From the NCBI GenBank assembly GCA_913043225.1, contig CAJWLU010000027.1, positions 1-45,639 of the forward strand: a stretch of 45,639 nucleotides of DNA, written 5' to 3'. Below, one piece after another: positions 27,171-37,385 of this stretch. Source of the DNA: an uncultured Acidobacteriota bacterium. GTDB lineage: Bacteria; Acidobacteriota; Vicinamibacteria; Vicinamibacterales; UBA8438. Under the pieces are notes generated by a model, which did no database searches, was not told where the DNA came from, and saw nothing but the letters and a program-made list of their open reading frames with translations. The translations under genes and the position numbers were made by a program. Each line of letters starts with the position of its first letter. The first letter of the stretch is position 1.

Positions 27171-27968
27171 TTAGGGCTCGAAGAAACGAATCCTGGGAGG
27201 CGTTTGGACCAGCCGCAGATCGTAGGCGTAGTCATAGAACTTCCGCAAACCCGCGAGGGCGCGCTCGTCGAGCGAGAAGGAGACGTTCTCCCGCAGATAG
27301 GTGCGCCCGACCTCCTGAGCCTCCTCGTCCTCGGGCCCGTGCGCCGCCACGATCTCGTTCACTGTGGCCACGCCAGCATCCCGGGCCTGCTGGAGCGCGG
27401 CGACGTGCTCAGGGCCGATCGCGCCGTTCCGGCCGGCCCAGACCGCCCACACGAAGGGCAGCGACGTCATGGCCGTCCACTCGTCTCCGAGGTCGACCTT
27501 GTCCAGCCCCTGGCTCTCGTAGTCAAGGTGCAGCGCCTGGTCGCCGATCACCAGCGCCGCGTCACAACGCTTAAGCATGACATCAAGCTCCGGACGGAGC
27601 TTCACCAGTTTCGGGTCGATGTCCCACCACTCGGTACACAGCACTCGCACCAGCGCGGCCGCTGTCCGCGAGCTGCTGTCGACTGCGATCGACCGAAGCG
27701 AGGTCGCCGGGCGGGTGGTGAACAAGGCTACCGACGCCACGTCACCCTCCGACGCAACTGCCAAATCCGGCACGATGCTGTAGTCGGAGAACTGCAAATA
27801 CTCGATAGAGGGGATCAGCCCGAGGTCCACCGACTTCTCGTGGAGCTGGGCCGCGCAGCGCGCGGGGACGTCGTACTGCAGCTCGAAGAGATCGGAGCGA
27901 GCACCCAGCCCGTGGACGAGCGGCCGAGCGTTCAGATACTCGACAGCGCTGACTCGAATCGCACTCAT
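27171..27968 (-). CDS. mqnA: Chorismate dehydratase MqnA
   Basis: VEYLNARPL, G.VASV, SSRTA, LVIGDQAL, DLGDEW..MTSLPFVWAVW. ATG at 27968. Confidence 0.92.
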   Translation of the reverse strand: MSAIRVSAVEYLNARPLVHGLGARSDLFELQYDVPARCAAQLHEKSVDLGLIPSIEYLQFSDYSIVPDLAVASEGDVASVALFTTRPATSLRSIAVDSSSRTAAALVRVLCTEWWDIDPKLVKLRPELDVMLKRCDAALVIGDQALHLDYESQGLDKVDLGDEWTAMTSLPFVWAVWAGRNGAIGPEHVAALQQARDAGVATVNEIVAAHGPEDEEAQEVGRTYLRENVSFSLDERALAGLRKFYDYAYDLRLVQTPPRIRFFEP

Positions 27969-28861
27969 GACGCTTCGAAGCGGCCATTCCGACGGACCGC
28001 CGTGTATCCCGCGGCGACGATGTTCCGCCGCACCTCCTCGCGCGGCGCCCGGCGCCATCCCTGGTCCCCGGACTCGGCCGGCACGGCATCCAGGTCGTCG
28101 GCGCCGAAGGTCAGGGCCACCTGCGCTAGCTTCGGACCATGCCGCGACCAGTCGACTTGGATCGAGTCGATATTGTCAACCAGAAGTCGAGCCAGCGCAA
28201 CCTGACGAAGGTCGGCGTATCCGGTAGACGGCTGCATCGGATCATCGTCGGAGAGTGGCGCCAGCGAGCGACAAACGGCAGCCGCCGTTCCCCAGTCCGC
28301 TACTCGGATGAAAGCCGTCACCGCCGCGTCTACGGCGGCCTCCCGCGCCCAGATCCGGTTGACACGCAGGCCGCTCGCGCCAACGGCCTCGAGTAACGCC
28401 ATGGCTTTCCCCTGGTCGTCGAGCGAGAGTAAATCATCAACCGCCACCTCGGCCAGAGCGGCGAGACCGGCGTCGGCCGCGGCCCCGAGCAGTTCACTGA
28501 GGGCATCGATCTGCCCGTCGCATGCCCGATAGGCTGCCATCAAATCGCCACCGGTCACCGGAGTGTCGGACGAGGACGCTGCGGCGGCCGCGACCGTCTG
28601 GATCAGCGTCTCCGGTTGCGGGATCTCGCCGACGAGACGAATCTCTCCTGCCTCTGGAACCTCACCGACCGCTTCACCCCACGCCACCCGGGCCACCTGC
28701 ACGTAGGTTGCTCGATCGCCGTGGCGGCGACGCCGGGCCTCATCGGCCAACATACCCAGCCCGACGAAATCTGATGCGGTGGCCAAACGCCGATGGTCGT
28801 GGCGATCGAACGCCACACCGTCGGCCAGCTTCCTCCCGACGGCGCTCAGCTCATCACTCAT
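27965..28861 (-). CDS. MqnE/MqnC/CofH-like radical-SAM-fold protein lacking the CxxxCxxC motif
   Basis: N-terminal LGMLADEARRRRHGDRATYV and C-terminal TGYADLRQVALARLLVDNIDSIQVDW...KLAQVALTFGADD...IVAAGY..VRRNGRF align with the CofH/MqnE family. Only two Cys, far apart. Confidence 0.82.
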   Translation of the reverse strand: MSDELSAVGRKLADGVAFDRHDHRRLATASDFVGLGMLADEARRRRHGDRATYVQVARVAWGEAVGEVPEAGEIRLVGEIPQPETLIQTVAAAAASSSDTPVTGGDLMAAYRACDGQIDALSELLGAAADAGLAALAEVAVDDLLSLDDQGKAMALLEAVGASGLRVNRIWAREAAVDAAVTAFIRVADWGTAAAVCRSLAPLSDDDPMQPSTGYADLRQVALARLLVDNIDSIQVDWSRHGPKLAQVALTFGADDLDAVPAESGDQGWRRAPREEVRRNIVAAGYTAVRRNGRFEAS

Positions 28862-29840
28862 GCCCGTCCTCATCAGAGGCGCCCAGTTCGGTGCGTGCCC
28901 GCTCCGCGGCCATCGCTTCGGCGACCCTCTGTGCCAGTTCGAGAGCCCGGCGCCCGGCTCTACCGTCGACCAAACTTGGGGTCCCGGCTCGCACCGCGGC
29001 GACGAAATCCGTCAACTCTAGGACCAACGGTTCCCCGGCTGCGATCTCAAGCCTACCCCCCTCGATGGCCGGCCCCTCGTCACCTCCACGCCTCACCCGC
29101 CATCCCTCGACCTGCTGCTCAGCGCAGTCAATGGAGATATAGGCATCCTGCTGAAAAAACCGCAGCTTCCTGACCCGGTCTCGACTGATACGACTCGCCG
29201 TGAGATTCGCGATGCACCCGGTCTCGAAGCAGAGACGAGCGTTGGCGATGTCAACCCGATCGCTGAGAACCGGCACGCCGACCGCCTCGACCGAGTCCAG
29301 GGGACTGTCGACGGCGGTTGCGATGATGTCGAGATCGTGAATCATTAGATCGAAGACGACGTCGATGTCGAGACTGCGGGACGGGAACGCGCCGATCCGA
29401 TGCACCTCGATGAACCGGGGCGACCTGACCAGTGGCAACGCCGCGGCCACCGCCGGATTGAAACGCTCAGTGTGGCCGACTGCCAGGATCGCACCACTCT
29501 CAGCCGCCGCAGTTAACATCGCATCGGCTTCCTTGAGCGAACGAGCTATCGGTTTCTCCACCAGCACCGAGACGCCACGGGCAAGCAACGGCACCGCAAC
29601 CACGCTATGCGCTTTGGTGGGCACGGCGAGGGTCACCGCGTCGACCTGCCCTTCAAGCGCCTCAATGCTATCGAACGCCGTCGTGCCAAACTCGGCCGCC
29701 ACTGCGGCGGCACGGTCGCCGTCGACATCCACCACCGCTTCGAGCCGAACCTGATCGAGCTCAGACAAAACGCGGGCGTGATGTCGGCCGAAATGCCCGA
29801 CACCCACCACTGCCATCCGAGGGGCACGGTTCGCGGTCAT
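28854..29840 (-). CDS. Gfo/Idh/MocA oxidoreductase, GnnA-like (UDP-GlcNAc 3-dehydrogenase family)
   Basis: VGVGHFG, LVEKPI, VGHTERFNP, DVVFDLMIHDLD, ASRIS; directly after lpxA. Confidence 0.85.
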   Translation of the reverse strand: MTANRAPRMAVVGVGHFGRHHARVLSELDQVRLEAVVDVDGDRAAAVAAEFGTTAFDSIEALEGQVDAVTLAVPTKAHSVVAVPLLARGVSVLVEKPIARSLKEADAMLTAAAESGAILAVGHTERFNPAVAAALPLVRSPRFIEVHRIGAFPSRSLDIDVVFDLMIHDLDIIATAVDSPLDSVEAVGVPVLSDRVDIANARLCFETGCIANLTASRISRDRVRKLRFFQQDAYISIDCAEQQVEGWRVRRGGDEGPAIEGGRLEIAAGEPLVLELTDFVAAVRAGTPSLVDGRAGRRALELAQRVAEAMAAERARTELGASDEDGHE

Positions 29841-29903
29841 CGATGTAAATCCCCGCAGGCGTCAACCCGCACATGAGGCGGGCGCGTCGGGAACACGATG
29901 GTC

Positions 29904-31160
29904 TTACTCGTCGGAGACCATCGCCGCCTCCAACCGCTTCGGAGGCCGGCGCAGGTTAACCCCGCGCCGCGAGGTCCGGATGAACTCGACCAAATAGTCG
30001 ACCTCCGGACAGCGGAGCGTCTCGTCCTGCTCAATCTGTCGAATCGCTTGCGTGGTATTGAGCTTCGAGCGAAGCAGGTAACGGAACGCTCGCTTGAGAT
30101 CGGCGATCGTCTCTGGCGGCATGCCCTGGCGCTTGAGCCCGATAGTGTTCAGGCCGTATATGCGTGCACGATTTCCGACACTGCGCGCATACGGCATCGC
30201 ATCGAGGGTCACCACCGAGTAACCGCCAATGAACGCCTGGCGTCCCACCCGGCAGAACTGGTGGACCCCGGAGAACGCCCCGATGTTGGCCTGGTCCTCG
30301 ACGGCCACGTGCCCTCCAAGCGTGGCGCCGGGACCGAAGATCGTCTTGTTGCCCACGGTGCAGTCGTGTGCCACATGGACATAAGCCATGAAGAGGTTAT
30401 CGTCGCCGATGCGGGTTACCCCTCCGCCAACCTGGGTGCCACGATTGACGGTGACGAACTCGCGGAAAACGTTTCGACGCCCGATCTCGAGGGTCGTGCG
30501 TTCACCCTTGAACTTCTGGTCTTGCGGAATCATGCCGATCGAAGCGCATGGGAACACGCGCGTCTCGTCGCCGATCTCCGTCCAGCCGTCGATGACGGCC
30601 GACGCGCCGATGCTGCACTCGCGTCCGACCTTCACGTGCGGGCCGATGACGGCATTCGGCCCGATCACCGTCCCGGCGCCGATCGCGGCACCCGGAGCCA
30701 CGTGCGCCGTCCGGTCGATCCGCGGCTCATCGAGCAAAACCCCCAAGAGCAGCTCCGCCTCGGCCACCACCTGATCCTCGACGCGCGCCACCGCCGTGAC
30801 CGCGGCCAATTGACGCCGGCGGCGGCGCACGGCCACGTCCAGTTCCAACCGGTCGCCCGGCACGACCTGCCGGCGGAACCGCGCGTGGCGGACCCCGCGC
30901 AGCACGGTGCGACGACCGGACGGTTCGCCGTCCTCATCGAGCAGCAGCAGGCTGGCAGCCTGCGCCATCGCCTCAATGGTCAGTACACCCGGCATAAGCG
31001 GGGTGCCGGGGAAATGTCCCTGGAAGAACTCCTCGTTCACGGTGACGTTCTTGACCGCGAGCAACCGCTCACCGGGAGTGCATTCGAGAATACCGTCGAC
31101 CAACGGCGCTGGATACCGGTAGTAATGACGATCGAGGCGTTCGGTGGCGTCGAGGAGCAC
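29904..31160 (-). CDS. lpxA: FabZ-LpxA fusion: 3-hydroxyacyl-ACP dehydratase domain plus UDP-GlcNAc O-acyltransferase
   Basis: aa ~1-140: RYP..LVD, KNVTVNEEFFQGHFP, PGVLTIEAMAQ, FRRQVVPGD. aa ~145-418: hexapeptide repeats, PQDQKF, REFVTVNRGT, HVAHDC, HQFCRVG, GLN.IGLKR. One continuous ORF. Confidence 0.93.
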   Translation of the reverse strand: MLLDATERLDRHYYRYPAPLVDGILECTPGERLLAVKNVTVNEEFFQGHFPGTPLMPGVLTIEAMAQAASLLLLDEDGEPSGRRTVLRGVRHARFRRQVVPGDRLELDVAVRRRRRQLAAVTAVARVEDQVVAEAELLLGVLLDEPRIDRTAHVAPGAAIGAGTVIGPNAVIGPHVKVGRECSIGASAVIDGWTEIGDETRVFPCASIGMIPQDQKFKGERTTLEIGRRNVFREFVTVNRGTQVGGGVTRIGDDNLFMAYVHVAHDCTVGNKTIFGPGATLGGHVAVEDQANIGAFSGVHQFCRVGRQAFIGGYSVVTLDAMPYARSVGNRARIYGLNTIGLKRQGMPPETIADLKRAFRYLLRSKLNTTQAIRQIEQDETLRCPEVDYLVEFIRTSRRGVNLRRPPKRLEAAMVSDE

Positions 31161-31298
31161 GATGCTAGGTTGCGACCTATGGGCGCGGCGACTTCGTTGA
31201 CCGCGGCGCGGACAAGCGCGCTCAGTCTACCGGGGTCGACGGCCCGGCGTCCACTAGCGCGAACCCGCCGGATGGACGGTCGCCTAAAGAAAGGAGGT

Positions 31299-31913
31299 CT
31301 ACTGGGCGGGCGGCGCGCTGTTGTTCAGCTCGTCGACCACGTCCGTGGTGATATCCAGCGCGGGATTCGCCCAGATCAGACCACCCGCGCCAGCGTCGAA
31401 AATGAATTGCAGCCCCTTAGCCGCCGCCACTCGGTCGATGGCCGGAATCAAGCGCTGCTGGAACGCCAGCTGCAGCTGCTGCTGAAGTTGCCCGACCTCG
31501 GCCTCGGCGTCCTGCGTCATCCGCTGGATGTCGACATTCAGCCGCTCGATTTCCCGCTGCAACTGCAGCTGTGCCTCGGCGCTCATGACGTTGGCGTTCT
31601 GCTCGAGCTTCTGCTGGCTCGCCGCCAGCTCCTGCTGTCGCGCCTCGATCTCGGCAATTTTCTGCTCGCTCAGCGTCTGAACCTGCTGATTGGCAACCTG
31701 TCCCTCAGTCGACTCGTTCGCCACCCGCTGGAGGTCCACATAGGCCGTCTTGGCGTCGGGCGGGAACGGCAGCCGGGCGGCCGGCACGGGAGCGGCCGGT
31801 GCCGGCGTCGCGGGCGGCTGGGTCGCCGGGGCCGCAGGCTGCGGCTGCGGCTCGGCTCCAACGGCCGGCGCCAGCATGACCATAATCGTCGCAACCACAC
31901 TCAACAATCTCAT
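31299..31913 (-). CDS. skp: OmpH/Skp periplasmic chaperone
   Basis: Signal peptide, Pro-rich linker, AYVDLQRV, Gln-rich coiled coil, LDITTDVV; downstream of bamA. Confidence 0.9.
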   Translation of the reverse strand: MRLLSVVATIMVMLAPAVGAEPQPQPAAPATQPPATPAPAAPVPAARLPFPPDAKTAYVDLQRVANESTEGQVANQQVQTLSEQKIAEIEARQQELAASQQKLEQNANVMSAEAQLQLQREIERLNVDIQRMTQDAEAEVGQLQQQLQLAFQQRLIPAIDRVAAAKGLQFIFDAGAGGLIWANPALDITTDVVDELNNSAPPAQ

Positions 31914-32034
31914 CAGATCAACCCTCTACTCGTCACAAACACAAGCAACTGTTCTATTTCGCGCTCTAGATCTCTATCGGTTCGACGTCGCCACCTGCCC
32001 AGGAAACCTGGATATAGACGACGGACCGCCCCGT

Positions 32035-32043
32035 AGAATAACA
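32035..32043 (-). promoter_or_regulatory. Possible extended -10 (TGtTATTCT) upstream of skp
   Basis: Minus-strand TGTTATTCT in the bamA-skp intergenic region. Confidence 0.3.
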
Positions 32044-32100
32044 GCTTCACGTAACCGCCGACCACCAAGAAGGCTCTCGGAGCACGGCGCCCGCCAGCCG

Positions 32101-32203
32101 GGTTTCCTGGCGAGGCATCTGCCTGACAAGGCGCGACGAGGCAGCCGCCAGGCTGGCTGCAACCAGGAGTAACACCGACAAGCTAACGCCTCGCCAGGCA
32201 ACC
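32101..32203. repeat. ~103-bp palindromic MITE/REP-like element
   Basis: Terminal inverted repeats 32101-32122 and 32182-32203 match at 18/22 positions. Internal GCAGCC/GGCTGC hairpin at 32141-32160. The right end abuts a CTAG that contains the bamA stop. Confidence 0.65.
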
Positions 32204-34785
32204 TAGAAAGTGGTGCCGACAGCGAACTTGAAGACGGTGCCTTCCTGCGGCCCGAACCGATCGTTCAGGACTCCCTCACGCTGCGGGTTCCAGGCGTAGA
32301 TGAGACGGAAGGGCACATTCAGCACCGGCATAAAGAATCGGAGTTCCGCCCCGGTCGACGTACGGAACCCTTCGGGTGAGAACGAATCGCCGAAATCCGC
32401 CACTTGCCCGGTGTCATAGAAAAAGATGATCCGAACCGGGTCGGCGATCGAGATCAGGTACTCAGCGTTGAAGAGCAAGCTCTTGTTCCCGCCTATGACC
32501 AACCCGGTTGCCGGATCGCTCGGCCCCACGCTGCGGATATCGAAGCCGCGAAGGGAAAATTCGCCCCCCATAGTCAGCAGCTCGAAAATGGGCAAAGTCT
32601 TAGTGTCGCCGTAGGGCCAGATGTACTCGCCACGCGCCCGGAAACCAAACGACAACCGTCGAGTCTGACGGAAGTACATGGTGGCCTCGGCCGTGGGCTT
32701 CAAAAACTTCGTATTGCCACCAATACCGGCCACTTCCAGGCCCGTCCGGTAGCTCTTACCGGTGGTCGGGAAGATTGGGTGGTCAATCGTGTTCATGACA
32801 AAGTTAGGAGTAACGGAGCTAATGGTCCTGGCTCCTCCTTGCCCGATTAGTAGCGCATCCTGCAGAAACGGATTAAACCGGAGCAGCCTCGGGTCCCTGA
32901 ACATTGCACTGAGCTCAGTGACCTGAGTCTCCTCGTAGGAGTAGGCCAGGAACATTTGCGACCAGTTTCCCGTCCGGAACCCGATCGATGTTGTAGCCCC
33001 GATCGAGCTCTGCGTGAACTGATTGATGAAGCGGATGTCACGGCGGTAGACGTTGAACCCCCCTGTGATCGGCTTGCCAAACAGAAACGGCTCGGTAAAA
33101 CCGGCGTTGTAGTTCTTGATCCGTTCGCCGGTCTGCGCCGACAAGGTCAGCGACTCGCCTCGCCCCAGAAAGTTAGTGGTCTGGAACGACAGCTGCAGGA
33201 AGAACCCGTCGAACTGCGACGCCCCGGCGCCGAAGGTCAACTGATTCATGTTGGCTTCGGCCACCTCGAGCGTGAGGTCGACCTCGTTGTCGAACCCCGG
33301 CCGTTTGTCGACCTGGATGGCGTTCTCTTCGTCGAGGGGATCGAAGTAACCGAGCTGATTGATCCGCCGCACGCTACTGCGAAGCGCCTCGGTGTTGAAG
33401 ACGCCGCGCTCGACGAGGTTCACCTCGCGCCGGATGACTTCGTCATGAGTGGTACTGTTGCCTACGAAGTTGATCCGGTTGACGAAATACTGCTCACCTT
33501 CCTGGAAGTGCAGAGTGACGTCGACCACCGGATCGCCATCAATCTCCGTGGGCAGCACTTCCGGCTCCGCCTCGCTCCGGCGGACCTCCTCGGGGAAGGC
33601 GGTCATCTCGTAGTAGCCGATCGAACCATACAGCTCGCGAGCCACCTCGAAGGCGTCTCGCACCACCTCATCTGAGTAGTAATTGCCCGGCTGCACTTCG
33701 TTGAAGAGCTCTTCGAGCACCTCCCGGCGCATCACCTCGTCGCCTTCAAAATCGAGACTGCCGACCCGATACCTGGGCCCCTCGAAGATCGGGATCCGCA
33801 GACGCACCGGTCGGGACTCAGCCTCGGCCGGCGTGGCCAAATACTCCAGTTCCGGCTGCCCCACTTGGGCGTCGATATAACCGCTGGCCCGGTAGTAGGC
33901 AACGATCGCCTCCGCGTCCTGCTCGTAGCCAAACGGACGATAGGTGCCCCGTCCGGTGATAAACGAGAGGAACCACCGCTCCTTCGTGTTCTGCATCTGG
34001 CGCTTGAGGGCGCCCGCGCTCATCGCGTCGTTACCGATGAACGAAATGTCGGTGACCTCAACCTTCGGGCCGGCCTCGATGTTGAAGGTGAGCTGGACGA
34101 TCTTCGGTCCGCCTGCCATCGGGGTCATCTCGTGACTGATCTCGGCGAACTGATAGCCCTTCTCCGCGTACATCTGACGGAGCACTTCTTCGACCCGGCG
34201 AATGACGCCCTGCCCGATCCGAGTGTCCATCCGCATCTCGACGCCGGTCGACTCGAGCGCCTCGTCGATCTCGCCGCGGTCGTAGGCGGTCGCGCCTTCG
34301 AACCGGACCGTGCGGACCCGCTCTCGCTCCTCCAGTAAGAAAATGGCAGTCTTTCCTTCCACACCGTTGGCAAAGGGCGTATCGACCACCTCGATCGCCA
34401 GGTCGGTCAGAAAGCCGGTTTCCCACAATCGGTCGAAGTCTTCGAGGAGCCGCTGCTCAATCGAAGCGTCGTAGGGCGTCCACCGCTGCTCGGAGGGGCT
34501 GCTGACGTATTCGTCGATCTCCATGTAATAGAGGTACGTCTGTGGATCGACCGAGGCCACATTGCCCTGGGTGGGCAGCGCTAGCTCGATACCGACGAAG
34601 ACAGGCCCAGAGTCGGCGGGCGGAAGGGCCTCCACATCCTGCGGCTGGCCCATGGCCAGGAACGCCTCGGGCTTGGCCTTTTCGGGCTCATTCGGCTCCG
34701 CCGCGACAGATCCACCCGCGAGAAATATCAACACCCCGGCCGCGAACAGCCGCGACCGCCAGGTTCGGGTTACGCCACCACTCAT
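32203..34785 (-). CDS. bamA: Outer membrane protein assembly factor BamA
   Basis: Signal peptide, POTRA repeats (GNSTTHDEVIRRE), NFLGRG, LRGF loop motif, C-terminal FKFAVGTTF. Confidence 0.96.
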   Translation of the reverse strand: MSGGVTRTWRSRLFAAGVLIFLAGGSVAAEPNEPEKAKPEAFLAMGQPQDVEALPPADSGPVFVGIELALPTQGNVASVDPQTYLYYMEIDEYVSSPSEQRWTPYDASIEQRLLEDFDRLWETGFLTDLAIEVVDTPFANGVEGKTAIFLLEERERVRTVRFEGATAYDRGEIDEALESTGVEMRMDTRIGQGVIRRVEEVLRQMYAEKGYQFAEISHEMTPMAGGPKIVQLTFNIEAGPKVEVTDISFIGNDAMSAGALKRQMQNTKERWFLSFITGRGTYRPFGYEQDAEAIVAYYRASGYIDAQVGQPELEYLATPAEAESRPVRLRIPIFEGPRYRVGSLDFEGDEVMRREVLEELFNEVQPGNYYSDEVVRDAFEVARELYGSIGYYEMTAFPEEVRRSEAEPEVLPTEIDGDPVVDVTLHFQEGEQYFVNRINFVGNSTTHDEVIRREVNLVERGVFNTEALRSSVRRINQLGYFDPLDEENAIQVDKRPGFDNEVDLTLEVAEANMNQLTFGAGASQFDGFFLQLSFQTTNFLGRGESLTLSAQTGERIKNYNAGFTEPFLFGKPITGGFNVYRRDIRFINQFTQSSIGATTSIGFRTGNWSQMFLAYSYEETQVTELSAMFRDPRLLRFNPFLQDALLIGQGGARTISSVTPNFVMNTIDHPIFPTTGKSYRTGLEVAGIGGNTKFLKPTAEATMYFRQTRRLSFGFRARGEYIWPYGDTKTLPIFELLTMGGEFSLRGFDIRSVGPSDPATGLVIGGNKSLLFNAEYLISIADPVRIIFFYDTGQVADFGDSFSPEGFRTSTGAELRFFMPVLNVPFRLIYAWNPQREGVLNDRFGPQEGTVFKFAVGTTF

Positions 34786-34847
34786 TCCAAGTTCACCATC
34801 GCACGTCGGTCAGGACCTCGGCACCAACCGTGCGAGAAGCTGGGCGC

Positions 34848-37298
<2,451 letters not shown>

Positions 37299-37338
37299 GG
37301 ATCATCCATTGACGGCCGACACCGACGGCCCCCCTGGC

Positions 37339-37366
37339 ATTATACGGCAAAGGTCAGGAGGGTCAG
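37339..37366 (-). promoter_or_regulatory. Putative clpC promoter (CTGACC-16 nt-TATAAT) with a CTGACC direct repeat
   Basis: Perfect TATAAT at 37339-37344 on the minus strand; CTGACC at 37361-37366 and again at 37352-37357. Confidence 0.55.
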
Positions 37367-37385
37367 ACGGTTACGGGGCCTGAGG

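Noticed and set aside
29898..32036. 712-aa plus-strand ORF, and other long antisense ORFs such as 26997-28205, 14448-15434, 41735-42784 and 2697-3650
   Set aside because: These are shadow ORFs opposite well-supported genes, expected with high-GC codon bias, and show no recognisable motifs.
34799..34835. Imperfect hairpin (TCGCACG...CGTGCGA) between clpC and bamA as a terminator
   Set aside because: There is no U-tract and the stem is short; the evidence is insufficient to assign a function.
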